In this document: positions 62,330-64,000 of the stretch, in pieces
Position numbering within the stretch: position 1 is the first letter of the stretch
Layout: every line of letters starts with the position of its first letter
From: Eledone cirrhosa
Taxonomy: Eukaryota
Reading direction: 5' to 3'
NCBI GenBank assembly: GCA_964016885.1
Contig: OZ024742.1
Coordinates: forward strand, 250,852,001 to 250,916,000
DNA length: 64,000 bases
Notes under the pieces: generated by a model
What the model was told of the DNA's origin: nothing
Databases searched by the model: none
What the model saw: only the letters and a program-made list of their open reading frames with translations
Translations under genes and position numbers: made by a program

Positions 62330-63700
62330 GTGAAATAACAGGGAGCTATACTGAATATTGTTAAAAGGGCATTAGACACTGGGGAGCATGAAGAAGATTT
62401 TATTACAAGCAAGATAAGTACAATAACTAAAAAGACACGAACAACAAAGTGTGAAGTATGTAGTACTTGAACATCTCATATGTCAAACATTGTGCATTGA
62501 TGTGTTCAAAATAAGATTACAGACACATTAAGTGATGGTGTTGATGGACTCCAGTATGTTTTCATGCCCAACCACAGGATGACTGAAGTAGTGACAGCTT
62601 TAAAGTTGGTAATAACAAATCAGATAACTAGAAAGCTGAACACTTACATTGCACCATTGACTTCCAAATGGCTTTTGATGCAATAGATCACCCAAAGCTT
62701 TTCTCAGCACTTCAAGAATGGGGAGTGAATGAGAAATGTCTACAAATTATCTCTATCTTATATAAAAAAGACAGAAGGGAGATACGAGAAGGTTCAAGAA
62801 TCTGCCAATTATTGTATCTAAAAGGCTTATGCAGGGACATGTACTGTCACTGACATTATGCAGATTGCTTATTATTTATGCAGATGTAACCTTTGAAATG
62901 TTAGACAGTAATTACAGCAACCGGATATGAGATATGACCAATAATCATATCATGTATGCAAATGATATTGCGGAGATGACACAGATCGCATATGAATTTA
63001 AGATAATAATGAGTTTCTCTAAAACAAAATGCATAGTTATAGATAAAATGGTGGTACTATGATGTCATTGATCACTGAAGGAGAAGCAATAGAATGTGTT
63101 CAGAAATTTAAATATCTTGGAGTTATGATACATGATGACGGTTGTGAAACTGGGGAAATCTGATGCCAATTGAGTATAGTGAAGCAAACATTCATGCAAA
63201 ATGCTCACCTTATGCTGAATAACCTCAATATTTTTACAAAGATTAGGGTACTTAAAGCTTATGTGTGATCTGCACCTGAGCACTGTACACAATCATTTCA
63301 CTATTATTTAATATGGTTGCAAGGTATGGTTCATGACTAGGGCTATCATGAAAAAGGTAGGTTTTGATATGTGTGGCGACCACCAGATATTGAAAATTCT
63401 TTTGGACTGAGAAAATGAATAACTGTAAACTACTGGACAAAATACAACTAGATAGTCTGATACTATCAGAAGTCATTGGAAGTTGATAATTGCAGTATAT
63501 GACATGTATTAAATGGTTCTTCTGGGATGGATTTGAAGCAATTTGTCCCCACTGAAGTGATTAAGAAGATGAGAAGAAGACTGGACCAGGCTGCAAATGA
63601 ATCATTTGGTTTGATTATGCAAAAATGGTCAGCAGTAATTTGTTCAAAAGGAAGATAGTTAAGGATAGAAAAGGATGGAGTGGAATTGTTCAACACATAT
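62330..63700 (+). mobile_element. Very old degraded LINE RT
   Basis: IDFQMAFDAIDHPKL, QG..LS, MYANDI, KTKCIV, ECVQKFKYLG remnants. Confidence 0.7.
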
Positions 63701-63749
63701 TTGTTAACCATCAAACACGATGAGGTATGGTGCAATGCAATGGGTATAC

Positions 63750-63862
63750 AAGAGAAATGTGAAATAAAGTGTCTTGCTCAAGACTATAATGTGCTACCAG
63801 GTACAGAACTCATGACTTTGCAATCAGGAGCCAAACACACTAACCATTAAGCCATATGCCTT
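63750..63862 (-). mobile_element. tRNA-derived SINE head (family S2)
   Basis: GGCATATGGCTTAATGGTTAG..GAGTTC..TTGAGCAAGACACTTTATTTCACATT. Confidence 0.75.
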
Positions 63863-64000
63863 CAGTCCATAAACACACATGGATTTGTTCTTATCTATTT
63901 TCTCTCACCCTCTCTCTCTCTCTATCTATCTATCTATCAATCCACCGAGTCCATTGTCATAATCAAACCGCCACCCTCCTTCAAAAATGAAGGAGAGGCG

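Overview
AT-rich eukaryotic (animal) genomic DNA. The microsatellite load and SINE/LINE types suggest an octopus or other coleoid cephalopod, which is an inference. Almost all of the window is repeats: RTE-clade LINEs (one near full length, one with an intact 739-aa ORF), two Penelope-like elements (PLEs) with C-terminal GIY-YIG nuclease, a deleted Helitron with both termini, Gypsy and CRE-like fragments, a piggyBac-type MITE, two tRNA-derived SINE families and (TA)n/(CA)n/(GAT)n tracts. A host gene appears to run on the minus strand as small, widely spaced exons. The most striking unannotated signal is about 20 type I hammerhead ribozyme (HHR) motifs from at least 7 sequence families. Several carry a shared non-canonical core (CAGAAGA or CCGAAGA instead of CUGANGA). 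They sit in PLE 3' ends, in non-coding 1.2-1.3-mer units of 500 and 679 bp (retrozyme/circular-RNA-like), and in head-to-head palindromes next to (TA)n. All structures were folded by eye and coordinates are approximate.
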